Of a DNA stretch of 64,000 bases, positions 39,535-49,722 are shown one piece after another. The position numbers and the translations under genes were made by a program. Where the stretch lies: the NCBI GenBank assembly GCA_041740355.1, contig JBGSMD010000051.1, positions 128,001 to 192,000 of the forward strand, read 5' to 3'. The stretch comes from Bdellovibrionota bacterium (GTDB lineage: Bacteria; Bdellovibrionota_C; UBA2361; CALJRW01). Numbering within the stretch: position 1 is the stretch's first letter; every line of letters starts with the position of its first letter. Below the pieces are notes generated by a model that was not told where the DNA came from, searched no databases, and worked only from the letters and a program-made list of their open reading frames with translations.

Positions 39535-41943
39535 ATGCAAGAAGTCACAAATCAACAAATACAATCCTGCTTACACTGCCAAGCAAATCTTTTACCAAAT
39601 CAGGAAAAATTCTGTTGTCGCGGATGTGAGTTTGTATTTAAAACAATTCAGAATCTAGGACTAAATAATTTTTATCAACTTAAAGATTTAACCCTTAAGA
39701 ATACTCCTAATAATCTTGAGCCAGATAAATCTTTTCATTATCTGGAAGACCCCGAATTATCAGCTAAAATATTAAAAACATTTAATCACGAACATGTCGA
39801 AGTAAATTTCTATTTACCTTCAATTCACTGCTCTGCCTGTATTTGGATCCTAGAGCGCTTACCACAGGTGACTACTGGCATTAAAGCCCTAAGAGTCAAT
39901 TTTTCAGAAGCACAAGCGCGAATTGAATATGATCCGACAATCATTACACTTCCCAAACTTGCTAGCCTGCTTCACTCGATCGGCTATACACCTGTCCCTG
40001 TAGATGACATGGCAATCAAGCGAAAAAATCTGGCCGATAAAAGAAAATCATTAATTCAGATTGGTATCGCGGGACTAGTCGCAGTAAATACAATGATGCT
40101 AAATGATTCTTTAATTGAGGCCAATCTCTCTGGAATGGAAGATTCATATCGAATACTTTTTATGTGGATCTCAGCAATACTAGCTTTGCCTGTTGTAACT
40201 TATTGCGCCCTACCATTTTATCGAACTGCTATTGCCTCACTTGTAGTTGGAACAATTCACCTTGACTTACCCATTTCAATTATCATTATTCTGACATATC
40301 TAACTGATCTTTCTACTATTATCTCAGGTGGATTAAACATTTATCTTGATTCAATTAGCTGTTTAGTATTTTTACTATTAGGTGCCAGATACCTTCAACA
40401 TCAAGCTGTAACTAAAGCCAGACATTCGTCTCAAACAGCTTGGGATCTTTTTCCAGATCAGGTGACAGAATTAATTAATGGTCAAACCATAAAAAAAAGA
40501 ATTCAGGAATTACAAATTAATGATCTGCTCCAAGTATTACCCGGAGAGCGAGTTCCGGCAGATGGAATTGTGATCGATGGTGAATCCAGTGTAGATCTAT
40601 CTTTTCTTAATGGCGAATCAATTCCCTTTAAAATTCAGAAAGATTCGGAAGTTTATGGTGGGACACTAAACTTAGATGGATTAATTACTGTTAGGATCTT
40701 AGCAATCCAGCAACATACTCGACTAGGTAAAATAATTGAACAACTTAAAAATCCAGTCACAGAAAAAACTGAACTGGAAGCAAATCTTGATTTGATCAGC
40801 AGGTATTTTGTAATTGGAGTATTAATTGCAGCGATCCTCACTTTTCTATTTTGGAATTTTGTACTTCCAGATGTTGCTTGGAGTAGAACAATAGCCTTAC
40901 TGGTAATTACCTGTCCCTGCGCTTTAGGTTTATCTGTGCCAACTACAATTGCAATTGCCATGAGACAAGCTCATCAAGTGGGACTTTATATTAAGAATTC
41001 GGGGACATTACAGATTTTAAATAAAATTAAGAATTTTTATTTTGATAAAACTGGAACTCTCACCTCGGGAAAACTACAAGTAATTTCGGCAAATGGTCCT
41101 GATAAGTATTATGGTATCTGTCAGCAACTGGCTTGTGCTGCCCCATCGCATCCAATTGCTATAACTCTAAGCAATTACTTGGCTTCTTACTCTTCAAATC
41201 AATTAACAGATCTTAAACTTTATCCTGGGAAAGGTGTCTTTGGTAAGGATCATAGTGACTGCTACTTCCTCGGATCGATTAAGTGGTTTGATGAATTGAA
41301 AATTTCCATACCAATTGAATCACAAGAAATAATATTATTAAACTTAGCAAAAGGATTAAGCATCTCACTTGTCGCCAAAAATAATAACTTGGTAATGTGG
41401 TTTGTCTTAAGTGACACTGTTCTAGAGGATACGGCTAGTTTCCTCAAGCAACTAGAACAAGATCATAAAAAAATATCAATCCTATCAGGAGATAATCAGA
41501 AAGTTGTTAATCATCTTGCCAGTAGTTTTAATCTTCCTAATTTAATAGCTCTCGGTGATTTATCACATGATCAAAAAGCAGAGATAATAAAAAATGACCC
41601 TGAGACATCAATTATGATCGGAGATGGAATTAATGATGCCAGTGCATTACAACAGGCTACTCTGGGAATTGGGATTGGGGGTGGCATCGAAGCAATCTTA
41701 GAATCAGCTGATGTATATGTAGGGCGTCAAGGTTTAAAAGGTATAATTCAGCTATATTACATTGCCGGGCAGGTAAATAAAGTTATTAAGCGTAACTTAA
41801 TCTTTTCTTTTTGCTATAATATTATTGGAGCAGGATTGGCATTCTCTGGATATGTTACCCCATTCATAGCGGCAATTCTGATGCCTCTTAGTTCGCTGAT
41901 CGTAATTCTCTCGGCAAGTTTAACAAGATATACTAAATCATAA
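39535..41943 (+). CDS. ccoI: Copper-translocating P1B ATPase for cbb3 assembly
   Basis: CLHC..FCCRGC, HCSACIW, CPCALGL, DKTGTLT, GDGINDA, YN and MPLSS. Confidence 0.94.
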   Translation: MQEVTNQQIQSCLHCQANLLPNQEKFCCRGCEFVFKTIQNLGLNNFYQLKDLTLKNTPNNLEPDKSFHYLEDPELSAKILKTFNHEHVEVNFYLPSIHCSACIWILERLPQVTTGIKALRVNFSEAQARIEYDPTIITLPKLASLLHSIGYTPVPVDDMAIKRKNLADKRKSLIQIGIAGLVAVNTMMLNDSLIEANLSGMEDSYRILFMWISAILALPVVTYCALPFYRTAIASLVVGTIHLDLPISIIIILTYLTDLSTIISGGLNIYLDSISCLVFLLLGARYLQHQAVTKARHSSQTAWDLFPDQVTELINGQTIKKRIQELQINDLLQVLPGERVPADGIVIDGESSVDLSFLNGESIPFKIQKDSEVYGGTLNLDGLITVRILAIQQHTRLGKIIEQLKNPVTEKTELEANLDLISRYFVIGVLIAAILTFLFWNFVLPDVAWSRTIALLVITCPCALGLSVPTTIAIAMRQAHQVGLYIKNSGTLQILNKIKNFYFDKTGTLTSGKLQVISANGPDKYYGICQQLACAAPSHPIAITLSNYLASYSSNQLTDLKLYPGKGVFGKDHSDCYFLGSIKWFDELKISIPIESQEIILLNLAKGLSISLVAKNNNLVMWFVLSDTVLEDTASFLKQLEQDHKKISILSGDNQKVVNHLASSFNLPNLIALGDLSHDQKAEIIKNDPETSIMIGDGINDASALQQATLGIGIGGGIEAILESADVYVGRQGLKGIIQLYYIAGQVNKVIKRNLIFSFCYNIIGAGLAFSGYVTPFIAAILMPLSSLIVILSASLTRYTKS

Positions 41944-41949
41944 ATAACA

Positions 41950-42132
41950 ATGGATATTATCTATTTGCTTTTACCAATCTCGATCCTATTAGCCTTAATT
42001 GGCCTCGCTGCTTATATTTGGTCAGTAAAGAATGGACAATTTGATGACCTAGAAACTCCTGCAATTAGAATGCTTTTTGATGATCAGGAAAAAAAGACAA
42101 AAAAAGAGGAAGATGATTCATCTTCCTCCTAA
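41950..42132 (+). CDS. ccoS: cbb3 oxidase maturation protein
   Basis: LLPIS..WSVKNGQFDDLETPAIRMLFDD. Confidence 0.96.
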   Translation: MDIIYLLLPISILLALIGLAAYIWSVKNGQFDDLETPAIRMLFDDQEKKTKKEEDDSSSS

Positions 42133-42216
42133 TTTAATTAGCATTTCTTCCCTGCTCTAAAACTATTTCCTACGGATTGTGTAAATCGCAGAAAAGTCCT
42201 AGCAGAATAATCCTAA

Positions 42217-43083
42217 TTAAAAGCTGTAAATTAAGTCAGAAGTTATTCTCCAATCTGTAATGTAACTGCCACTATCTGTAATTAATGGAATTTCGTAAGC
42301 TGTACCAAAAGATAGGCTTTCACAGAGCTGAACTCGTGTTCCAAAGGCAGCAGTCATCATAGTTTCACCATCTGATAATGATGAACCAAGATTAAAAAAG
42401 TCCTGTCCTTCATCCTCTATTGGAAGTCGATCTCCAGCTGAAATAACATGATACATATTAAGTTCTATTAATGGTGAAAAACGACCAACTTTTGTATCTA
42501 CGTGCAAGCTAGCATCAAAGAAACTACTGTCAGAATTATCAATTGCAGCTCTAATCCCTGAGTAAGCAATCAAATTAACACGTCCAAGAGATGTAGCTGC
42601 ACTGATAAATGGATTAATCACACCATCACCTTTTCCTTGTAGCACTTCACTTTCTCCTAATGGCGCTTCATATCTAAGTCCACCAGTTGCTATTGAACTG
42701 TCAGTTTGCCAAAAAGCATATTTAGCCCCTAGTCCAATATTAGCGAAGCCTGATCCATCCTCTAATAATCCATTAGGACGAAAATTTACATAGCCATCTT
42801 TAGTCGCAATTAATGCCAGCCGATCGTTTAATGCATAACGAACTTGTAAGGCATAGATATCAACCTCTCCACCACCTGTGGCAAAATTATCATCGATTCG
42901 ATGATGCACATAAAGTGGTTTGATATTAGACTGTATTCTAGGATCTTCAAAGTTTACTGGATTTGAGACTGGTGAAGCAATTTCTGATAAACCCTCGGCA
43001 CTAGCAGTTATTCCAACCGTAAATCCAAGCCCAAGTGTAATGACCGAAGCCATTGATGTTAAAAGTATTTTTTTTATATTCAT
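42217..43083 (-). CDS. Putative outer-membrane beta-barrel protein of unknown function
   Basis: Signal peptide, amphipathic beta-strands, C-terminal ..LIYSF; GGAG RBS. Confidence 0.75.
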   Translation of the reverse strand: MNIKKILLTSMASVITLGLGFTVGITASAEGLSEIASPVSNPVNFEDPRIQSNIKPLYVHHRIDDNFATGGGEVDIYALQVRYALNDRLALIATKDGYVNFRPNGLLEDGSGFANIGLGAKYAFWQTDSSIATGGLRYEAPLGESEVLQGKGDGVINPFISAATSLGRVNLIAYSGIRAAIDNSDSSFFDASLHVDTKVGRFSPLIELNMYHVISAGDRLPIEDEGQDFFNLGSSLSDGETMMTAAFGTRVQLCESLSFGTAYEIPLITDSGSYITDWRITSDLIYSF

Positions 43084-43122
43084 ATAACTCCTTAAAAATT
43101 AGTTACTTAATGGATCTATACG

Positions 43123-43148
43123 ATCAATAGATATATTTGTCTATTGAT
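43123..43148. promoter_or_regulatory. Putative Rrf2 operator, copy 4 (beta-barrel gene)
   Basis: ATCAATAGAT-ATATTT-GTCTATTGAT. Confidence 0.75.
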
Positions 43149-43500
43149 GTTATTTATCCTTTTTTCTTCTTCTAAATAGTAAAACTCCTTTGGTATTGGG
43201 CCTGACGGGTAAGTTCGCTTCGCCTGCTAGACGTTTGTATGAAAAGGTCGACCTGCCTAAAGTTTATAGTTTTAGGCTACTAGAAAATAAACAAAATTGG
43301 GCATCGCATTAGTTTGATAACTAATTAAAATACTTGGTCAAATAAACTGGGCTAGTTTAGCTTGCCGAAATAGAGCAGAAAGTTACCAGAAAATATCCAA
43401 ATTTGTATTAATGTTCATAACTATCAACACTGGCAGTTAAAATTTGCAATCTGACAGGGCTAATCTATACTCAGATTTTAGGTAAACTAATGTAGTTAGT

Positions 43501-44487
43501 ATGACAAAAATGAATATCAAAGCCCTAATTGGAATCTTAATCAGCTTAGGACTGGTCGTCTGGTTAATATTTGCAGTAAATTGGCAGGAAGTCTTAGGAC
43601 ACCTTAGCAAAATTCACTACTGGCTACTTATCCCCTATACCTTTGTAATCCTTTTGCAGTTTGCACTTCGAGCTTACCGCTGGCAGTTTTTAGTTCCAGA
43701 TAGGAACAGCATGGGTTTCAAACTCAGCCTGGACGGAATAATGATTGGAAACTTTATCAATTACATTCTTCCCCTGCGGGCAGGAGAGATTGCCCGCCCT
43801 TTCTTTTTAAGCCGCTTTAGCAAAAATTCTTTTCCAGCAAATTTTGCAGCACTTATAATTGAACGCTTCTTTGATTTAAGCATTGTGCTAGTTTTGTTTT
43901 ACTATTCACTAAGTGGACTAAATCAAATTCCTGAATGGGTTACAAAAGGGGCTACCGTTCTTTTATTCTTAGCTTTAGGAATTTTATTATTTATAATTAC
44001 TGCCTGCTTCTCCCGTAATTATACCGAAAAAATAATTGTAATTATTTGTAAATACCTTCCAAGATTTGCCGTTAAGCCAATTGCAAATTTACTTAATGGC
44101 ATCTTAGAGGGCACTACAGTTATTAAATCTAAGAAAAATTTATTTATTGTAATAATGTTATCAGTTGCAGTTTGGCTTGTTACAATTTGGGGTTATTACG
44201 CCTTACTCTTAATTTTTGAAATACCAGCAAGTTTTTCGGATGCCTTGGTAATTACTGTTGTGATTGCTCTAGCCGTTGCTGCTCCTAGTGCCCCGGGATT
44301 TATTGGAGTTTTACAAACAGGTTGTATTGTCGGCTTTGCTCTTGTTGGCCTTGATCAAGATTTAGCAATGGCCTACGCCTTGATTACACATTTTCACATG
44401 TATTTAGTGATAATCATTTATGGTATGATTATTTTATACCAATATGGACTTAATATAACTGACTTAAGACAGAAAAACGATGATTGA
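43501..44487 (+). CDS. Lysylphosphatidylglycerol synthase TM domain / flippase-like protein
   Basis: LRAYRWQFL, NYILPLRAGEIAR, IERFFD, PSAPGFIG. Confidence 0.9.
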   Translation: MTKMNIKALIGILISLGLVVWLIFAVNWQEVLGHLSKIHYWLLIPYTFVILLQFALRAYRWQFLVPDRNSMGFKLSLDGIMIGNFINYILPLRAGEIARPFFLSRFSKNSFPANFAALIIERFFDLSIVLVLFYYSLSGLNQIPEWVTKGATVLLFLALGILLFIITACFSRNYTEKIIVIICKYLPRFAVKPIANLLNGILEGTTVIKSKKNLFIVIMLSVAVWLVTIWGYYALLLIFEIPASFSDALVITVVIALAVAAPSAPGFIGVLQTGCIVGFALVGLDQDLAMAYALITHFHMYLVIIIYGMIILYQYGLNITDLRQKNDD

Positions 44488-45628
44488 CGCTTATATAATT
44501 GATGCCGTTCGGACTCCAAGAGCTAAACGTAAAGGCAAATTTTCGGGAATTCATCCTGTCGATCTGCTTACTTTACCGCTAAAAGAAATTGTTAGACGTA
44601 ACAATATTAATCCAGAATTAATTGATGATGTAGCCATTGGTTGTGTAACACAAGTGCAAGAACAAGCTTGGTGTATTGCGCGTTCCGCAGTTTTGGCAGC
44701 TGGCTGGCCTATTACAATTCCGGGAGTTACGATTAATCGCCTTTGTGGTTCAGGACAACAAGCCTGTAATTTTCTGGCTGAAAATCTAAAAACTTCTAAT
44801 TACAATTTGGCAATTGCTGGTGGAGTGGAGCACATGACCAGAGTTCCGATGTTTAGTGATTGTGGTGGCGAGCCTAGTCCGGCATTAAAAGCTAATCACC
44901 CGAACTTAACAGATCAAGGAGTATCAGCTGAAAAGTTAGCGGAACATTTTAAAATTAATCGTGATGATATTAATTCCTATGCTTTACTCTCTCAACAAAG
45001 AGCTGAACTAGCCAAGCAAGAAAATCGTTTTGCGAAAAGCATCATGCCCGTTAATTATCTTGATAGTGATGGTAATCAACAAACACTTAGTTTTGATGAT
45101 AATCCTCGACCGGAAACAACATTAGAAACTTTGCAAAACTTAAAGGCTGCATTTGTGGCTGATGGCAAACTAACAGCTGGGAATTCCTCTGCTATTGTTG
45201 ACGGAGCTGCTAGCTTACTTCTTGGAAATGAAAGTTCCATCAAAGAATTTAATTTAAAGCCCCGTGCCAGAATTGTTGCTTCAGCAGTAATTGGAAGTGA
45301 TCCGATCATTATGCTCTCCGGTCCAATTGCCGCAAGTAAAGCTGTTTTGCGAAAAGCAGGTCTTAGTGTCTTGGATATAGATCTTTGGGAAATAAATGAA
45401 GCTTTTGCCCCAGTTGTAATTGCCACTTACAGAGAGTTAGGGATTGATCCAGCAATAGTCAACATCAATGGAGGTGCTATCGCCCTTGGTCATCCCCTTG
45501 GAGCTACTGGAGCAATCTTAATTGGCACAGCACTTGATGAGTTAGAAAGACAAAATAAAAAATTTGCCTTAGTTACTATGTGTATTGGACTAGGTATGGG
45601 AATTGCTACAATTATTGAACGTGTTTGA
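44480..45628 (+). CDS. Thiolase (acetyl-CoA C-acyltransferase)
   Basis: DAVRTP, NRLCGSG, GVEHM, EINEAFA, NGGAIALGHPLGATG, MCIGLG. Confidence 0.96.
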   Translation: MIDAYIIDAVRTPRAKRKGKFSGIHPVDLLTLPLKEIVRRNNINPELIDDVAIGCVTQVQEQAWCIARSAVLAAGWPITIPGVTINRLCGSGQQACNFLAENLKTSNYNLAIAGGVEHMTRVPMFSDCGGEPSPALKANHPNLTDQGVSAEKLAEHFKINRDDINSYALLSQQRAELAKQENRFAKSIMPVNYLDSDGNQQTLSFDDNPRPETTLETLQNLKAAFVADGKLTAGNSSAIVDGAASLLLGNESSIKEFNLKPRARIVASAVIGSDPIIMLSGPIAASKAVLRKAGLSVLDIDLWEINEAFAPVVIATYRELGIDPAIVNINGGAIALGHPLGATGAILIGTALDELERQNKKFALVTMCIGLGMGIATIIERV

Positions 45629-46467
45629 TGAAAATCGTTAACGGACTCTCAATAGATCTGGAAGAATATTACCATGCTGAGAATATTAAAAATTATTTTC
45701 CCGCAAATTCTCCTTCACGAGTTGAAGAGTCTACAATTAAAATTTTAAACTTTCTGGAATCAAAAAATATTCAAGCGACTTTTTTTGTTTTAGGACAAGT
45801 AGCAGCTGCTCATCCTGAACTAATTAAAATTATTGCTACCAGTAAGCATGAGATTGCCTCGCATGGCTTTAACCACCAATTAGTCTACACACAATCACCA
45901 GAAGAATTCCGAGAAGATATTATTAGGAGTAAAAAATTATTAGAGGACATAACAGGACAGGCAGTTTTGGGATATCGTGCTCCAAATTTTTCAATTACCG
46001 AGCCAGTATCTTGGGCTTTTGATTTAATAGCTCAGGCTGGTTACAAATATGATTCTAGTGTCTATCCAATCTATCATCCACGCTATTCCAATCTGCGTAA
46101 ACCGAGATTCCCATATATTCATTTAAATAATGGATTATTAGAAATACCACTGGCAACAACACAATTATCACTGGGACAAAAGAATTTTAATTTACCAATA
46201 GCTGGGGGAGCCTACTGGCGGCTTCTCCCACTTTGTTATTCTAAATGGGGACTAGCACGACTTAATCAACTAGAACAAAAAACTGCTTTTACTTATTTTC
46301 ATCCCTGGGAGTTAGATCCCAAACAACCAAAAGCATTAGGGTTAAAACTTAGTACTAAGATTAGACATTATGCTGGCCAAGCTTCCTTCTTAAAAAAACT
46401 AGATCGCTTAACCACAAAATTTCAATTTACCACCTACGCCAAGCTAATCTCTGAACTTAAATTGTAA
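45628..46467 (+). CDS. Polysaccharide deacetylase (XrtA/PEP-CTERM-locus type)
   Basis: SIDLEEYYH, ATFFVLG, HEIASHG, GYRAPNFS, YDSS, YFHPWELDP. Confidence 0.92.
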   Translation: MKIVNGLSIDLEEYYHAENIKNYFPANSPSRVEESTIKILNFLESKNIQATFFVLGQVAAAHPELIKIIATSKHEIASHGFNHQLVYTQSPEEFREDIIRSKKLLEDITGQAVLGYRAPNFSITEPVSWAFDLIAQAGYKYDSSVYPIYHPRYSNLRKPRFPYIHLNNGLLEIPLATTQLSLGQKNFNLPIAGGAYWRLLPLCYSKWGLARLNQLEQKTAFTYFHPWELDPKQPKALGLKLSTKIRHYAGQASFLKKLDRLTTKFQFTTYAKLISELKL

Positions 46468-46475
46468 TCTATTAG

Positions 46476-48209
46476 CTAATCAGTAATTCGGAATAGCCCG
46501 GAGCCTTTTGCCTCAAATCCTCGATTCAACAATGCTTGTTCCTCCCAATATTTCATCCCTGTAGGTTGATAAATAAATTCAGGACAAATAGTTGACTGAC
46601 AATCATTTATTAATAAATTTTTTTGTACGGTCTCACGCTCCTGATATTTAATGCCATGTGTCCAAAGTGTTCCAAGAAATCCTAGATATAACTTTCTTCC
46701 TGTTAGCGTGATTGTGGAATTATGGAGTGGCTCTGCCGCAACTATTGCTTCTCGCGGAAGTAAGTCACGTAGTCTTTTACTCTCAATTAGCTGGGATGCA
46801 GTATAAACTTCATGATGTCCTTGATTAATAACAAGATAACCGACTCTGACAATACCAGGTATCAGCAAAATGATTAATAAATAATTTAATTTACTTTTCT
46901 GTGAGATGAAACTGTGCCAGCAGAGTAAAATTACCAAGTAGATCGGAAGAAATATTTTTATTTGATCATAAGACCAATATGATAATTTTACAAAGTTACC
47001 AAATAAAAATAAACCTAGAATAAATATTGGTATTATTTTTGATTTCATCTTCCATGCTAAAACTAGAAAGATTAAAATGATATTCCAAGTATTTAATAAC
47101 CAGAACAGAAGTTGTTGCATTAACCAAGAACGAGTGATCGGGCTCCCTACTGCAGTCATCTCCCAACCCCAAGTAAAATTAACTGCCGAGTTTTTATCAC
47201 TCAGATAGATCAGTGCCCATAAAGAAGATACGATAATCAGCATCGCCTGATAATTCTGCTTTAAAAAATTAAGGCGCTGACTGCTCCTCCAAAACATTAA
47301 TAAAATTAAAAAACAACAAAAGCTGAAGCTAATAATCCAAGAATGGGTATGAACTAAAGGCATTAGCGCTATTAATAAAGCTCCAAAAAACCATAAATGT
47401 GGATGAGCAACAGGCTTTTGATAAATCCGCAACCAAGTCGAAAGACCAGCAAATAAACAAACTGCGCCAAATAATGCCGATCGCTGTGGAATCCAGATGG
47501 TCTCTAAGAATCCAGTCCATGGATAGCCCTGATCTATTAGGACACTAGCTGGCTCCGTAAATTTGAAATAAAGACCTCCTCCTAAGAGGACTAGCCAAGG
47601 AAAAAACTTGTTTCGATCTCCTCGCAAAAAACGATAGAGCAAAGTCGTAAGAAAGCACCATTGATATACAAAGATAAATTCCAAGGCACGCCATTCTGGA
47701 CTTATCCACCAAAAAGAGGCTGTCCAAAAGTTGATCAAAAAAGGATAGGTAAGTTTTTGTTCTGGATATAGATGATATTGTGGTGGAAAATTATCTCCAA
47801 AAACAAAGGAGGTAATCATCCCCAGATGATAGGCAAGATCTCCGAAGTTACTAATCCAATAAGTCCGTATTCCATGATCTAAATCAAATAGAGAAATACC
47901 AATAATTAAATTGAAAAGTGCAAAATAGAGGAATCCATTACTTAATTTAATTTTTATAAAAAAGTATTTTTTATATTTTAAAAATAAAAAAATGCTGGGC
48001 AGTCCCCAGATTACTAGACATGACCAAGCCCAAGTTGCCCCACAATTCTTAATACCTAAAAGTAAATAATTACTTACTATTAATCCTAACAATACTAAAT
48101 ATCTGGCTGGCAGATGGCGTCTGATTGGAGTTGAACAAAAGGATAAGATTGAGGCTCCTAATGCATAACAATAAAAGGGGTAAGCAATTAGGAGGAGAAA
48201 AAGATACAT
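46476..48209 (-). CDS. Polytopic membrane protein, possible GT-C glycosyltransferase
   Basis: Many TMs; periplasmic loop FGDLAYHLGMITSF..NFPP..LTYPF; soluble C-terminal domain. Confidence 0.7.
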   Translation of the reverse strand: MYLFLLLIAYPFYCYALGASILSFCSTPIRRHLPARYLVLLGLIVSNYLLLGIKNCGATWAWSCLVIWGLPSIFLFLKYKKYFFIKIKLSNGFLYFALFNLIIGISLFDLDHGIRTYWISNFGDLAYHLGMITSFVFGDNFPPQYHLYPEQKLTYPFLINFWTASFWWISPEWRALEFIFVYQWCFLTTLLYRFLRGDRNKFFPWLVLLGGGLYFKFTEPASVLIDQGYPWTGFLETIWIPQRSALFGAVCLFAGLSTWLRIYQKPVAHPHLWFFGALLIALMPLVHTHSWIISFSFCCFLILLMFWRSSQRLNFLKQNYQAMLIIVSSLWALIYLSDKNSAVNFTWGWEMTAVGSPITRSWLMQQLLFWLLNTWNIILIFLVLAWKMKSKIIPIFILGLFLFGNFVKLSYWSYDQIKIFLPIYLVILLCWHSFISQKSKLNYLLIILLIPGIVRVGYLVINQGHHEVYTASQLIESKRLRDLLPREAIVAAEPLHNSTITLTGRKLYLGFLGTLWTHGIKYQERETVQKNLLINDCQSTICPEFIYQPTGMKYWEEQALLNRGFEAKGSGLFRITD

Positions 48210-48262
48210 TTTATAGGAATTAATTTAATTAAACTTAATTTAGGAGATCAGCAATAAGCTGT

Positions 48263-48464
48263 TATAAACTTGGGTTCGACAAAAGATTCGTCACAAGATA
48301 AGCAAAATTTTATTTTAAACCATTGTAATTTGACTAGAAAAAACAAAAAATTGTAGCACAGCTGTAGCAGTGTTACAGCGAGTATCGATTATTTTGCTTA
48401 TTTCAGGCAAATTCAATCAATTTGCTTATCGTAGTAGAATCCTTAGGGCGAATTCAGGTTATTA
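48263..48464. repeat. Long imperfect palindromic element (RPE-like), copy 2
   Basis: GATAAGCAAA/TTTGCTTATC and outer imperfect IRs; core CAGCTGTA-N7-TACAGCGAGTAT shared with 5640-5666. Confidence 0.6.
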
Positions 48465-48642
48465 AGATAACTTTAATATTTTTTCTAATCTTCGGCCATC
48501 TCTAAACTGATCAACTACTTATTTCTTGGTAGCAGTAAATTTATAGTAAAACCAAGAATTACTTTCCAAAAACATTTTCGGAGATTCTGTTGAACAACAA
48601 CATGTCTTGTAAGGATTCAACCTAAATATTAGTCTGTCGAAA

Positions 48643-49722
48643 TCAATTTATTTCAGAAGCTGGGACATCCTTTCCATTAAGAATCCTTCTAACTACACAA
48701 GTCGTTTCGAAGACCTTTCCAGTTTTATTATTTATTAAACCACTCATCCCTTGAAAAGTCTTGATTGCTTGAAGTTGTTTTTTTAAATCAGCGACTGCAG
48801 GCTTTTGTTTAAAATTATCATAGGCACTAGCGACAATCTTCATTTGATCAAATGCCAACTGAGCACGATTGTAAACTGGCATTCCATACTCCTTCTCAAA
48901 TCGACTTTCAAAATCGGCATTCAAGCTTAGTTGATTGACATAATACATACCTTCAAAAAGTGAATAATCAATATTTGGAAATCCAAGATAGCCAGTTACC
49001 TTTTGTTCCGGGTTCAAAGATTTGATCTTTTTTGTAATTAACTCCAGGCTTTTTGAGACATCGTTAATTAAAATAACTTCTGGTTGATCTTTTAAAACTT
49101 TTAATGCCAAAAGATTAAAATCCGTCTCATCAGGTAAATATCTTTGAGTACTTAAGACAGTTAATCCATAATCTTTGGCATTTTTTTTGAACTCTTCTTC
49201 ACTTAGATTCCAACCATTTGATTCTTGTCCAAGAATACTGAAATTTTTATAGCCTAATTTTTGTAATAAACTTAAAAATAATTGTGTGTAAGTTTTGTAT
49301 GTTGATTCGAATGTAAAAGTATTTCTAAATTTCTCAGCAATGTCGCTATTCCAACGTATTGAGACATGAAGTAGATTATGTTGTTCTGCTAAAGGGGCAA
49401 TAACATCGGCTGTTTCCCAAAGCCCTACTAATACATCTACTTTATCAACATTAATTAGTTTTTGAGCAGAAGCTACCGCTTGTTTGGAAAGATATTGTGA
49501 ATCTTCAAAAATTGCCTCGTGCTTAATTTGGTTAGTACTTAAATCTTCTAAAGCCAACTCATACCCACGTCTTAAATCAATCCCCGCTTCGGCAACTGGT
49601 CCTGAAAGTGGTAAAATAATACCCCATTTTACTGTAAATAAATGATTTTCTTCAGCTTGGATGAAATTAACAAAATTAAAAGTGAATACTGTAATAAAAA
49701 TAATAAGACGGAAATGGAACAT
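48643..49722 (-). CDS. ABC transporter substrate-binding protein (LivJ-like)
   Basis: Signal peptide; GIILPLSGPVAEAG, FEDSQY..AVASAQKLINVDKV. Confidence 0.9.
   Translation of the reverse strand: MFHFRLIIFITVFTFNFVNFIQAEENHLFTVKWGIILPLSGPVAEAGIDLRRGYELALEDLSTNQIKHEAIFEDSQYLSKQAVASAQKLINVDKVDVLVGLWETADVIAPLAEQHNLLHVSIRWNSDIAEKFRNTFTFESTYKTYTQLFLSLLQKLGYKNFSILGQESNGWNLSEEEFKKNAKDYGLTVLSTQRYLPDETDFNLLALKVLKDQPEVILINDVSKSLELITKKIKSLNPEQKVTGYLGFPNIDYSLFEGMYYVNQLSLNADFESRFEKEYGMPVYNRAQLAFDQMKIVASAYDNFKQKPAVADLKKQLQAIKTFQGMSGLINNKTGKVFETTCVVRRILNGKDVPASEIN

Noticed and set aside
43205-43227. Small TTCG-loop hairpin in the beta-barrel/flippase intergenic region
   Set aside because: Short, single copy, no further support
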